Assembly: GCF_018350175.1 (NCBI RefSeq)
Contig: NC_058368.1
Coordinates: 60,886,001 to 60,950,000 of the forward strand
Direction: 5' to 3'
Length of the DNA stretch: 64,000 bases
Origin: Felis catus
Taxonomy: Eukaryota
Position numbers and translations under genes: made by a program. Below are positions 50,449 through 61,484 of the stretch, piece after piece; position 1 is the first letter of the stretch; the number at the start of each line of letters is the position of its first letter. Under the pieces are notes generated by a model that worked only from the letters and a program-made list of their open reading frames with translations, had not been told where the DNA came from and did no database searches.

Positions 50449-51599
50449 TTTTCTGTTTCACTTTTAAGACCAATGAATAATTTCACTCTCTTAACAAGCT
50501 CTACCTTGATTTTGGTCTGATAACAAACTATTTAATCTTTCAAGATTTTTTTTCCCCAGATTCCATGCTTTTTAAATTAGGACTGAGAATTCAAGGCAGG
50601 AAATATCTAGATATTCTATCATATATTTTTCAAAAAGTTTTATACACATTTTATAGGAAGGATAACTTTTTCCTCTTTTATTCTCACTTGAATGAAGAAC
50701 AATCAATTCAAATCTGGCTTTTGCTGGAAAAGTGTAGATTTTTCCAAAACACTGTCCAATTGGTTTCCATTAGCATCATCCCCTAAAATGCTAAGGATGA
50801 AGTATGGTTGTTGTAAATTTTGAGAGCCAGTTCAATTATCCAACAGAGCAAGTTGGCAGGCAGCCAGAGCCCTAGGAAGTCATTTAGATAAATTTCATAT
50901 TCATATAATTTATTCTCTATTTGGTGAAGATGCTGTGCCAGAGGCCATGTTTTCTGTGAACCAATTGCAGTTTGGACCAATTACTACCCCAATTACTCTC
51001 TTCTGCCTCTGTCCTTTTAAAGCATCATACTTTGTTTGGAAGAAGCCATGCCTCATCAAGAAGCAGTTGTCCAATGGCGTGATTTTTGCTTGAGGGTGCT
51101 GATAGGAAAAACTGGAAGCCTCATAATTTAACTATGAAAATTATTGAGACACAGCTGTGAAAGACATACCATTGAGAATTCTCTAGTTTGTTCTTGCACA
51201 TCAAATCTGGATGTATATTTGGGGTTGTTTCAGTTTTCCCCCAGGGCTGTGCAGCATTGTTAGCTAGGAAAATCGTAAGTAAGCACATGCTGGTCTCCCT
51301 GAAGCTGTTCCTTTTTGAACTATACAGACTTTCTGGTAGTGATATGGGTCTTAACATTTTTATAATTCTTTATTCATTATCTTCATAGCAACAAGTAACT
51401 TCCTTAATTCATTAGAATCATAAATGCACTTTTTTGTTTGGAAATTTTTACATTTTGGGGGTCTTTGACACATCTATCATTCTGTGATCTTCCAGCATTT
51501 CTTTATATTTCTTACCACTTTTCTTTGATGTTTTTTGGCTTCTTTCCTTACAAAACAATCTTTCAACTTTCTTTTTTGAGTTGCTACTTTTAGTCTTTA

Positions 51600-52030
51600 A
51601 ACATTTTTCCTAGGAACATATCACTTGATTCAAATACTACACACATACTGTTTCTCTAATGATGCTTCCAGACCATGTATCTCCTCTAAGCTTCAGTGCT
51701 TTACACTCCTCTGTCTCTAGGAGATCATCTGGATATCCAACAGACATCTCAACTGCAATGTATGTCAAACTTTTCCTAGTAATTCAGGACTACTTTATTG
51801 CTTTTTACCTCGAATGACACCATTTAAAAAAATTAAACCGTAAATCATGGAGCAATATTTATGTCCTTTGTATTATGTGCCTGATACCCAAATAGCCATT
51901 CCCTAAGGGGCTATTGTTATGTTTATTGATTATATGAGTTTTACTGATGCTATGGCTACTATCTTAGACCTTAGACTTAACTCTTTTTAGTCATGCTGCA
52001 GGAACTCTAACCTGACTTCCTCTTTCATCA
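51600..52030 (+). mobile_element. L2 remnant
   Basis: 'tctcctctaagcttcag...catctggatatccaacagacatctcaact..aatgtatgtcaaac'. Confidence 0.55.
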
Positions 52031-53915
52031 TATACATTGTGGATGTGTATGATTGGAATTCCTATTGTCATGAGTTCCAATTTTGTTTAAACACAAATAA
52101 GAATACATTTTCAAAAATACATTCACCTATGTTTAAAATATTTGAAGATATAGATATCAGGAATATTTTGAGAATTTTCTTATCACTTTTCCTTATTGAA
52201 ACCTTATCATGGAACACTTCCATAATGTAATTTTCTCAAAATTGAGTATTTTCCTAAAATAAGATTTTTGTTAAGGGACAACAGTGTAAAACCCACTGTG
52301 CATAAGACGATCATTGCAACTGGCAAATTTCGTAGAATTATTTGTTGTATGTATTTACTGCATTAGATTTTGAGGTTCTTGAAATCATAATTTGTAATTT
52401 AGTCACCCTTTGTTCTCAGCATAAGTTGTTGTGGCTGATGCATGGGATCTGTTCAGGAAGTGTTTGTTGAAAGAAACTGCATAATATGTACATCAGTAAA
52501 TCTCCAAAAGTTGTCACACATTACCAAGTTGCCTAAACATACACACTTTTTTAAAAGTAAAATAGCAATTTATGGGCCTACGGATAATGATGGGAGAACC
52601 AAAGCCATCATGCCTTAAGGGAATGTCTGGTGATTATTTAATTAGTAAAATTTCAGAGGAAGGAAAAATGCATTGATTTTTTTTTTTTTTAGTGCACTTG
52701 AAAAATGTAAGAAGTTTTTGAACGCTCTAATGTTCACTCTAAATCCTCTATATTAAAACTATATGTACCATTGATACTATGAATTAAGAAAAAAAAAACC
52801 TGGAACCAATTTAGAAGAACATTTAGAATCTAATGTTTTTTTGAATGTAAAGGTTGACTTTCAGTAATTAAAAATCACTGCTAGAAATTAGTTACTTGAA
52901 TATATTATAAATTGTTACAAATCTTGTGACACTTTATCCTAAAGTTTTCAACTTGTTAAACAGAAGAGTTTACTGACAAAGGTTAACCTTTGAGAAATTA
53001 ACATTCAATTTAAAATGTTGAATTTACTTTTAAATGTATGCACATATATAGGGTAATATAACATTTACCATAGGAATACTCACTAGGTTCTGTAATGGAA
53101 CATCGTGACAAAATACTTGATTGACTTAGAGATATATCTAGCTTCCAGAGTTTGAAGTAATTCTAAAAATACATTTAATATAGCCTTGGGTTTCTTATAT
53201 CAGTTAAAAAGAAGTTACTACTGTCTCATAGAAAATTTAATATTGCATGTAGAGTACTTTGAGATTGCTCTGGAATACCTAATTTGAAAAAGGTACCAGA
53301 AACACAATATGAAATTAGGATGCCACTTCAACCTAAGGATAAAGAAACAAAAGTTAGGCATAAAAACAAAAATGATGTCTGAGGTGACACAAAGAAATTC
53401 AGCGGTAATCAATTCAGATCAGTTTGGCTTAATTTAAGACAATTGCTTGAAACCTGACTTGAATTAGGTAATAGACCAAACAAATAGTATATTTGGTAGT
53501 TACAACTAAACTTGGCCAACTGCAAAATACTGAGAGAACAAGATTTCAGGATTTTAAAGTTGAATGGGTTAACTAATAGCACCTTATTTGTTCAAATATA
53601 GACAGTTCAAGTGCTTACTTGGTAAATGAGCCATTATATTTATACAGTTACAGACAAATGCAAAATTTATATAAATAGATGTAAGTAATAAAGCACATGA
53701 TGTAGGACACAGGCCATTCAACATCTGGGCTTCTGCAGAAATGTGTTGCATATAATCAGGAGAGGAGTTTGAGCTTTTCATTTCCCTTAAATGTTGGACA
53801 CTTTGGTCATTCAAATAAAATAATTAAACACTGATAAAATTTCTTTCTATATAATTATAGACAAATGGAAAACTTTTAAACTGTTGTGTGAAATGTGCTT
53901 GCTTTGTGCCTTCAG

Positions 53916-54100
53916 AGCTCTGTTCAAGAGTAGGTAGGTTTTGGCAATACAACCTGGGTATTTCAAGTGTGGTGCAAGTGACGAGCGTTTTTCTGTGATT
54001 GACCTAGGGAGGGTTTAATAATGGATATTTTTGTGGACCACTGCTTTTTAAAATGAGATAAACCTGGAAAGAAAAAATAATGGACCTGTCAGAAATACAG
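53916..54100 (+). other. Candidate host exon (18-nt form ending 53933, or 185-nt form)
   Basis: Acceptor TGCTTGCTTTGTGCCTTCAG; donors TAG|GTAGGT (53934) and CAG|GTATAT (54101); non-repetitive sequence. Splice motifs only. Confidence 0.3.
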
Positions 54101-56075
54101 GTATATTTATTCTTACACATTAACTCATAACTCTGTAAGAGCACATATTTGAAATGATTGTAATTGGAACTATGAATTCACAATACTGTAATGCTGTATT
54201 TAAAAGAAAAAGTTTGAATTCACAAAATGTAAATAAGTCCACTGAATATCTAGAAAATTTACCATCTTCCTATTTCCTAAAGAGTCTTAGCATACAAATG
54301 CATTATTACAGTTTTTTTTTCCTAGAAAATTCTGGATTTTCTGGTTAGAGGTTAAAGGTTTATACCTAAAATTGAGAATCAGAAATCTTAAATTATGTTT
54401 TTTTTGTAGTAAAACATAATTAGTTAACATGTTAGAAAAACTTTAAAGTAATTTTCAGCTACAGACATGTCTGAATCCATATTAGGATTTGGATTTAGTT
54501 CTAATCAATTACACCAGAAAATTGTATCACATTTTGAACCTTTTTTTTTTTTTAACAGTTAAGGTAGAAGTTAGATTGTATTATCAGTTCTCATTTACCC
54601 ACCACCAATCTCAACAACCTTTAACTCATGTTCACTATTTTATCTATATCTTCACCTTATCTTCTACCATAACTGATGACTTTGAAGCTAATCTCAAGTA
54701 TCATATGTTCTAATATATTCATGTTTCATAATATATTTTAACTGGTTGGATTATAATCTAGAATAAGGTAATAGATTACAGTCTTCATCTTTCTTCATTG
54801 TCCTTGCAATTTGTTGAAGAAACTCAGTCCTTATCCTTGTAAGAGTTTCTCACTCTGAATTTTGTGGATTGTACTCCTGTTAACATATTTCTATACCCCT
54901 ATTGTCTCTAAATTGCTAGTGACACTAAAATGTTGAATCTGCTTTAAATACTTCGCAGGTAGAATTGTATACTCTCATTGTGAGCAACATATCTTTTGTC
55001 CCCATTTTCTTGATTTTGATAGCCTTAATTTTATTGCAAGATCAAGTGACATTGTGAAATTGGTGATACTCTCATTCTGTTGTTGTCTATTTAGTAGTTG
55101 GTGTTCCTATATAAAACCTTTCCTATATAATTTTATTACCTTACAAAGAAAGGCAAGTCATATACTTTTTCTCTTATAATGGTTAGTTTTCAGAATGAAT
55201 TAATATCCTATATTTCTCCAAAGTTGACCAATGTGTTTTTATCTTTTAATATGCTTGAATCTGTTAGTTTTAATAGACATGATATGTTTATCTTTGTGGC
55301 TGTTACTTTTACTGATGTTTATATTGCCCTGCCATTGGTCATTAGGAATCAAGTTGTGGCCTGAGTCCCCTTGAAAACATTGAAGTAGTGATTAGTTTCT
55401 TTTTCTAGTATTAGAAAGACTGCCAGGTTTATCTTGTTTATATGCTGTCTTAAAAGAGTAATCAAACATATACCCACATAGTGTTGATTGCACTGAAGAG
55501 AAAATGGCAATTAGATACCAAAATATGAATACTAGCAGTTTTTTTTTTTTTTTTTTTAACTGCGTTGGTCATTATTTCAAATTACAAAAGGCCAGAACTA
55601 GAAAACAGTCTCTGCATTCCCATTCTAGGATTGAAGCAATTTTACTTAAGTTTATTTTTCTATCACTTTTGTCACATAACAACTTTGGTTCCAACTAATT
55701 ACTGATTTATTGCATTGATTGAAAGCTAAAAAGCTGAGATTTGACTGCTGCTGTAAGATTGAGGTACAGAACTTCCTCTTGAGCAACACCCAGTGAGAGT
55801 TTTTGGTTTTCTACTTCACTTGGTACTTTTGTACCAAAAATCTTTTGTCTTTATGCCTCTTCCTTCTTCATATTGATGACATCATAGGAGTCTTTTGCCA
55901 CTTGGAATTTGGCCAAACCTAGACAGCACTGAAAAGTCATTAAATAGAATGGACTGTAGAACCAAAGTGCGCAGAAGCTGGGTTGGAACTTGGATAAACC
56001 CTAAAAGATCGATTTCCTGCTAAAATAAGTAAAGCAAAATTGAAACATTTCCATGGAATTTAAATAAGATCCCTA

Positions 56076-56293
56076 GGGGCACCTGGGTGGCTCAGTTGGT
56101 TAAGTGTCCGACTTCAGCTCAGGTCATGATCTCACAGTCTGTGAGTTCGAGCCCTGCGTCGGGCTCTGCTGACCGCTCAGAGCCTGGAGCCTGTTTCCGA
56201 TTCTGTGTCTCCTTCTCTCTCTCTGACCCTCCCCCGTTCATGCTCTGTCTCTCTCTGTCTCAAAAATAAATGTTAAAAAAAAATTAAAAAAAA
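56076..56293 (+). mobile_element. Can-SINE (felid type)
   Basis: GGGGCACCTGGGTGGCTCAGTTGGTTAAG head; TSD AAGATCCCTA. Confidence 0.96.
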
Positions 56294-56379
56294 AGATCCC
56301 TATACTGATATTCAAAATGTCAAATATAACCCAATAGGACTCAATAAACCAAATCTGACAAATTCTGTAGGGAAGGGTA

Positions 56380-56900
56380 ATCAAAAGATGCTAAACCCAA
56401 GATGAATAAGATGTCAGTTATCAAAGACTCTAAAAATGGTATTATCAACATGCAATAGAGGTAAAGCAAAACACTCCAAGAATAATGCAGAGATAGAAAT
56501 TCCCAGGAGGAAAAAATCAATATTTAACATACTAACAAATAGAAATTTTAGAATTGAATAATAACTAAAAACTTTGAGTTGATAAGCTCAATAGCAGAAT
56601 GGAGATTACTATAAGGATTAGTAAATTTGAGAATAGGATAATAGAAATTACTCAGTATGAATAATGGAGATGCAAAAATATGGAAAAAAGAAGAAACCGA
56701 GGGTACTGAATGAAGCACAATGAATGTTCTAACATTCTTGTCATTAGAGTTTCTAGAACCATTGGATAGGATACAAAAGTAAAAAAAAACCTGTCTGAAA
56801 TGTGGAAAACCATGGAAAATAATCTGTTTTTGAATGGTCAGGGGTTCTGATAAAAAAAATCAGATTAAAAGAAAACCCTCAGAGGTTAAAATGTTACTGA
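56380..56900 (+). mobile_element. Old L1 ORF1 remnant
   Basis: 'gataagctcaatagcagaatggag...ggattagtaaatttgagaatagg..aatagaaattactca...tctaacatt..tgtcattagagtt'. Confidence 0.6.
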
Positions 56901-57115
56901 AAAGCTTTTCAATATTTTCTGTAAGTTTATATTTCAAAGGGGGTAAACAGTCAAAAATTTAGGACTTTTAATTTTAAAGACTTTGATTACATTAGGGAGC
57001 TAAGTTGCTCTCCTCCCCAAGAAAAGGAATCTTAAGTTTTGAGGTTCTTCTATGAAAAATTATGAAATTAAGAAATATGGTAACTAACCTAAGAGCTCTA
57101 TATTAAAATAGGTTA

Positions 57116-57360
57116 GGGGCACCTGGGTGACTCCGTCGGTTAAGGGTCCGACTTCGACTCAGGTTATGATCTCCGGGTTTGTGAGTTCGAGCCCTGCGTT
57201 GGGCTCTGTGCTGACAGCTCAGACTGGAACCTGCTTCAGATTCTGTGTCTCCCTCTCTCTCTCTGCCCGTCCCTTGCTCACAGTCGTGTGCGTGCGCGCG
57301 CGCACGTGCGCTCTCTCTCTCTCTCTCATAGTAATAAGTAAACGGTAAAAAAAAAAAAAA
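57116..57360 (+). mobile_element. Can-SINE with an internal alternating purine-pyrimidine tract
   Basis: GGGGCACCTGGGTGACTCCGTCGG head; CGTGTGCGTGCGCGCGCGCACGTGCGC at ~57285-57311. Confidence 0.93.
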
Positions 57361-57371
57361 TAAATAGTTAC

Positions 57372-57558
57372 AGATGCCTCGGTGGCTCAGTCGGTTGAGT
57401 GTCAGACTCTTGATTTCAACTCGGGTCATGTTGCCAGGGTCATGGGATCCAGCCCCGTATCAGTGTATAGCCTGCTTAAGATTCTCTTTCCCTCTACTCC
57501 TCTCCCCTACTTGCACATTGTGCACACTCTTGCAAAAAAAAAAAAAAAAAAAAAAAAA
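57372..57558 (+). mobile_element. Can-SINE of a different subtype, head-to-tail with the previous one
   Basis: GATGCCTCGGTGGCTCAGTCGGTTGAG...GACTCTTGATTTC head; long poly-A. Confidence 0.9.
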
Positions 57559-57649
57559 TCATTAAATGGGTGCATTAATACTTTCATAATATATTCCAGG
57601 TCTGGGTGGCTTACTAGCAAATTTACACATTAGTTAAAAAATATCACCA

Positions 57650-59410
57650 ATGATCCCAAATCTCTTCCAGAACTAATTAAGTGAGTGAGTTAAGGATAAT
57701 CACAAGACACAGTCATTTAGTGGAAGTCCATTGTATTTGCCAACAAATAATTGAAAACTATTAAAATTGACAGTGATAACTACAAATATGCCAGTACCAT
57801 TTATTATAGCCTTCCACTCTCAAAAGGAAATGTTTTTGTAAACATAACAAATATGCCAAATCTGTGTTGTGAACATTAAAAAATCATGATGAAAGGTGTA
57901 AAGACCTCAATAAATGGAGAAATATAGTATGCTAGTGGATTTGAATACTCAATGTAGTCCAGGTGCATTTCCCCCCCCAAAAATCTGTGGATGTAATGAA
58001 ACTTCAGTCAGTATCCCCCTGGGAGATTTGTACATCTAGACGATCAAACTCCAAATATATATATGGAAAGCAGAGGAATCAGAATAGGAAATATACTGAA
58101 AAATATGAACAAAGTTGGAAGACTCCTACAACATGCTTTTAAGTCTCACCATGAAGCTACATTAATCAAAATGTATTCATGAAAGAATATACACACAAAT
58201 TAATGGAACCTAAGATTACATAAATAGACCCACTCAAATACTGATAATTGATTTCTAACAAAGGCTCGAAGTCAATTCAAAGGAGAAAGCAGTCTTAACT
58301 GTGATATATTGATTGGGGATCCCAAACTGAACTTTCATCAATACTTCATACTTAACAAAGAATCATTCAAAATGTATGATATACAAAATATAAAATTCAG
58401 AATTCTAACATTTTTAGATGAAACCTAGGACATGATCTTCATGAACTTGGGTTATGCAAATAGTTCTTAGATAAGAAACCAAGAGTGTGTTGCATAAAAC
58501 ATTAAAAAATTGGACTTTATGAAAACTGTAAATCTTTTACTCCAGGATACTATTAGAATGAAAACTGGAGTACAGATTGGGATAATGTATTTGTAAATCA
58601 CATATTCAACAGAAAACTTTTATTAAACCATAAAAGTAATAAAAAAATGAGAAAAAAGTACAATTAAGATGTGCAAAATACTTCAGATCTTTTGTCAAAG
58701 AAAATATATGACTATCAATTTAAGCATACGAATGGATGCTTAACATCAGTATCTATTAGGAAAATGCAAATTAAAACTGACCAGATGCCACCACACATCT
58801 TCTAGAATGGTTAAAATAAGTGAAATGTTCATATGTTATTGGTTATATAATGCAAGATCATCCAGCCACTCTGAAAAATATTTTGGAAGTTTCTTACAAA
58901 GTTAAATATCTACTTGTATGTGCAGTAATCCCACTTGTAGATCTTTTCCATAAGGAAATGAAGTTATTTTTACATGAACAAAAATTACAGATTGTTTATG
59001 GTAACTTTATTCATAATTACAAAAGATGAGCAATGGTTTAATATTCAACTGATTAATGCCTGTATCAGTTATCAATGTGTCAGTAATCAATGTCTCAAAT
59101 TGTGATACATCTATTCAATAGACTAAGATACTATCCACAAAAACATGATTGAAGCACATGTGTATAAGTGTAAAGTCTCAAAAAATTACATTTTGTATTC
59201 ATTCATATGACATTCTGGATAAGACAAATAGTAGTGGCCAGGGATTAGGTATAAATGAAATTTGGTCTAGAAATTCAACCCTGAGAGATTTTTGGGGTGA
59301 CCAGGAGAGAATTGTTTTGTATACTGATTTTGATGGTGCTTATGTAAAACTATGTATATGATAAAACTCTATCTTGAAAATGTTAACTTTTAGTGTTTTA
59401 AGTTATAATA
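57650..59410 (+). mobile_element. Old L1 ORF2 3' half and 3' UTR
   Basis: 'aaagacct.aataaatggaga', 'aacaaagttggaagactc', 'ttaggaaaatgcaaattaaaac', 'cagccactctgaaaaa'. Confidence 0.82.
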
Positions 59411-59569
59411 AGTTACTGTTGTATTTATATTCCATTGGATGCATTGGTAGGAATGGTATAATAGTTTCATTCTACAAGTTCACAGTTTTTATGACATGGT
59501 GGAACATAAGTTATTTTCAGCTACTGAAAGAAATTATGTAGTTGCAAATTAATGATCAAATTGTGTCTT

Positions 59570-59960
59570 TCTTAAAAGAACCGGGATATAGGCAGTTCAT
59601 TTTGGAGGTGATCTCACCACATTGGAGGAAATGGACAAAGTGAAACAACGTAGGGATGTAGTATATCACTGAAGTTAATTTGTGGCATATTATGGAGGAC
59701 AAATAGAGCTCAATCTTGCTGTATGTCCCAATTTATGTAGAATATGCCTGAAAATTGTGCAATTGGATTTTAGTAAGTTGGGGGCTGCCCCCAAAGATAT
59801 TATCTATATCTTTTTGTACTGTATATAGCAGTGGATGCTCATTGGCACAGATAAAATCATCACAACTAAAATACTCATTGTTGGAAATTCAAACTTAAGC
59901 AGATCTCTTGTATTTCATCTGTTAACTACAGCAGGCAGAGGCTATATTATAATGTGTAGT
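59570..59960 (-). mobile_element. Possible LTR33-like ERVL LTR remnant
   Basis: 'gcagttcattttggaggtgatctc...gagctcaatcttgctg...gtagaatatgcctgaaaattgt...gggctgccccc'. Confidence 0.4.
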
Positions 59961-60042
59961 AGAGCCCTTAAGGTGACCAAGGGTAGATGTCTATTTTCTG
60001 CTTTATTTGTTGTGTCTTGAGTTACGGTGTTTTTGGCAAAAG

Positions 60043-60231
60043 ATTTTTTTTAATGTTTATTTTTGAGAGAGGTCACAAGTGCAGGAGGGCCAGAGTGAGA
60101 GGGAGACAAAGGATTGGAAGCAGTCTTGCTGCAGACAGCAGAGAGCCAGATGTAGGCTCGAGCTCAGGAACCATAAAATTATGAGCAGAGCTGAAGTGGG
60201 ACACTTAACAGGCTGAGCCACCCAGGTGCCC
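60043..60231 (-). mobile_element. Can-SINE
   Basis: Reverse head ...GCTGAGCCACCCAGGTGCCC. Confidence 0.92.
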
Positions 60232-60239
60232 TCGGAAAA

Positions 60240-61260
60240 TATTTTTACGGAATCAAATTTATCAATATTTTTCTTGTTTTGCTTTGTATTTGTATCATAA
60301 TTAGAAAAGCCATTCTCTGCTTAAACTAACTTAAAAAAATTTACATGATTTTACTTAAATTTATATCTCTTGTATATTTGGAGTCCATTCTTATGTTAAC
60401 AAGAACGCAGATCTAAATTTTATCTTTTTAAATAGCTACCCAGTTACCCAAGTACGATTTATTTAAAAGTTTGTATTTGACCTACTTGTTTGAGACGCCA
60501 CCTTATTGTATACTAAATTTCCATATCTACTTGGATCTATTTTTGCTTTCCTCTTATTTTTTTATTACAACATGATTGTAACTTTTATTTACAGGGTTTT
60601 TTATAGTATGTTTTAATGTCTAATAGGGTTTGCTTTCCTCATAGTGTTTTTCTTTTAGTGTCTATTTCTGAATGTTTTTCTGTCTAAACTTTAGTATCAA
60701 TTTGTCTGAAACATAAAAAGACCATGGATATTTTTCATTGTGAATGAATTAACTTTGTAAATTGATTTGGGGAAAACTGACATCTTTATAGCGTTGTGTC
60801 ATCAGATTTAAGACCTAGGCAACATTTTTCCAAGTTCATCATTTTCTCATTGAGAAGTTTAAATTTTTTATCCTCATAGATTTTATAGAGTTCTCAATTA
60901 AATAGCTCTTAATTTATTTGCTACTATTGTGACTTTTTCCTAGGTTATTTTTATATTCTATAAGTTTCTAATTCTTGCCATTGATTTCATTAGTCTTCTA
61001 GATTCTCTGGGGATTTTCAAGTTATCACCCTGTCATTTCTAAGTAGGTGCAGTTTAACTTTTACCATTTCCTGTGATTCTAATTAACATCTAAATGTATT
61101 GACTATTACCTCTTCTATAATGTTGAGTCCTGGAGAATGGAATCTTTTCCTGATCAGGAAAGCCTGATCAGGCTTTGGTGTTCTTGCATTTAGTAAGGCA
61201 ATGCCTTATATCTAAAAGTCTAGGGTGTTTGTGTTAACTATTTTAAAGTATTCCTAGCTT
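60240..61260 (-). mobile_element. Very old L1 ORF2 remnant
   Basis: 'cagttacccaagtacgatttatt', 'attgatttggggaaaactgacatcttta', 'tattcctag'. Confidence 0.6.
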
Positions 61261-61269
61261 CTAAAAAAA

Positions 61270-61474
61270 TTTTTTTTAACCTTTATTCACTTTTGAGAGA
61301 GACAGAGAATGAGCAGGGGAGGGACACAGAGAGAGGGGAGACACAGAATCTGAATCAGGGTCTAGGCTCTGAGCTGTCAGCACAGAGCCTAACCCTGGGG
61401 CTCGGATCTACCAACAGTGAGATCATGACCAGAGCCCAAGTTGGATGCTGAATAGACTGAGACACCCAGACGCC
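61270..61474 (-). mobile_element. Can-SINE
   Basis: Reverse head ...GACTGAGACACCCAGACGCC; TSD core ATTCCTAG on both sides. Confidence 0.92.
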
Positions 61475-61484
61475 ACATTCCTAG

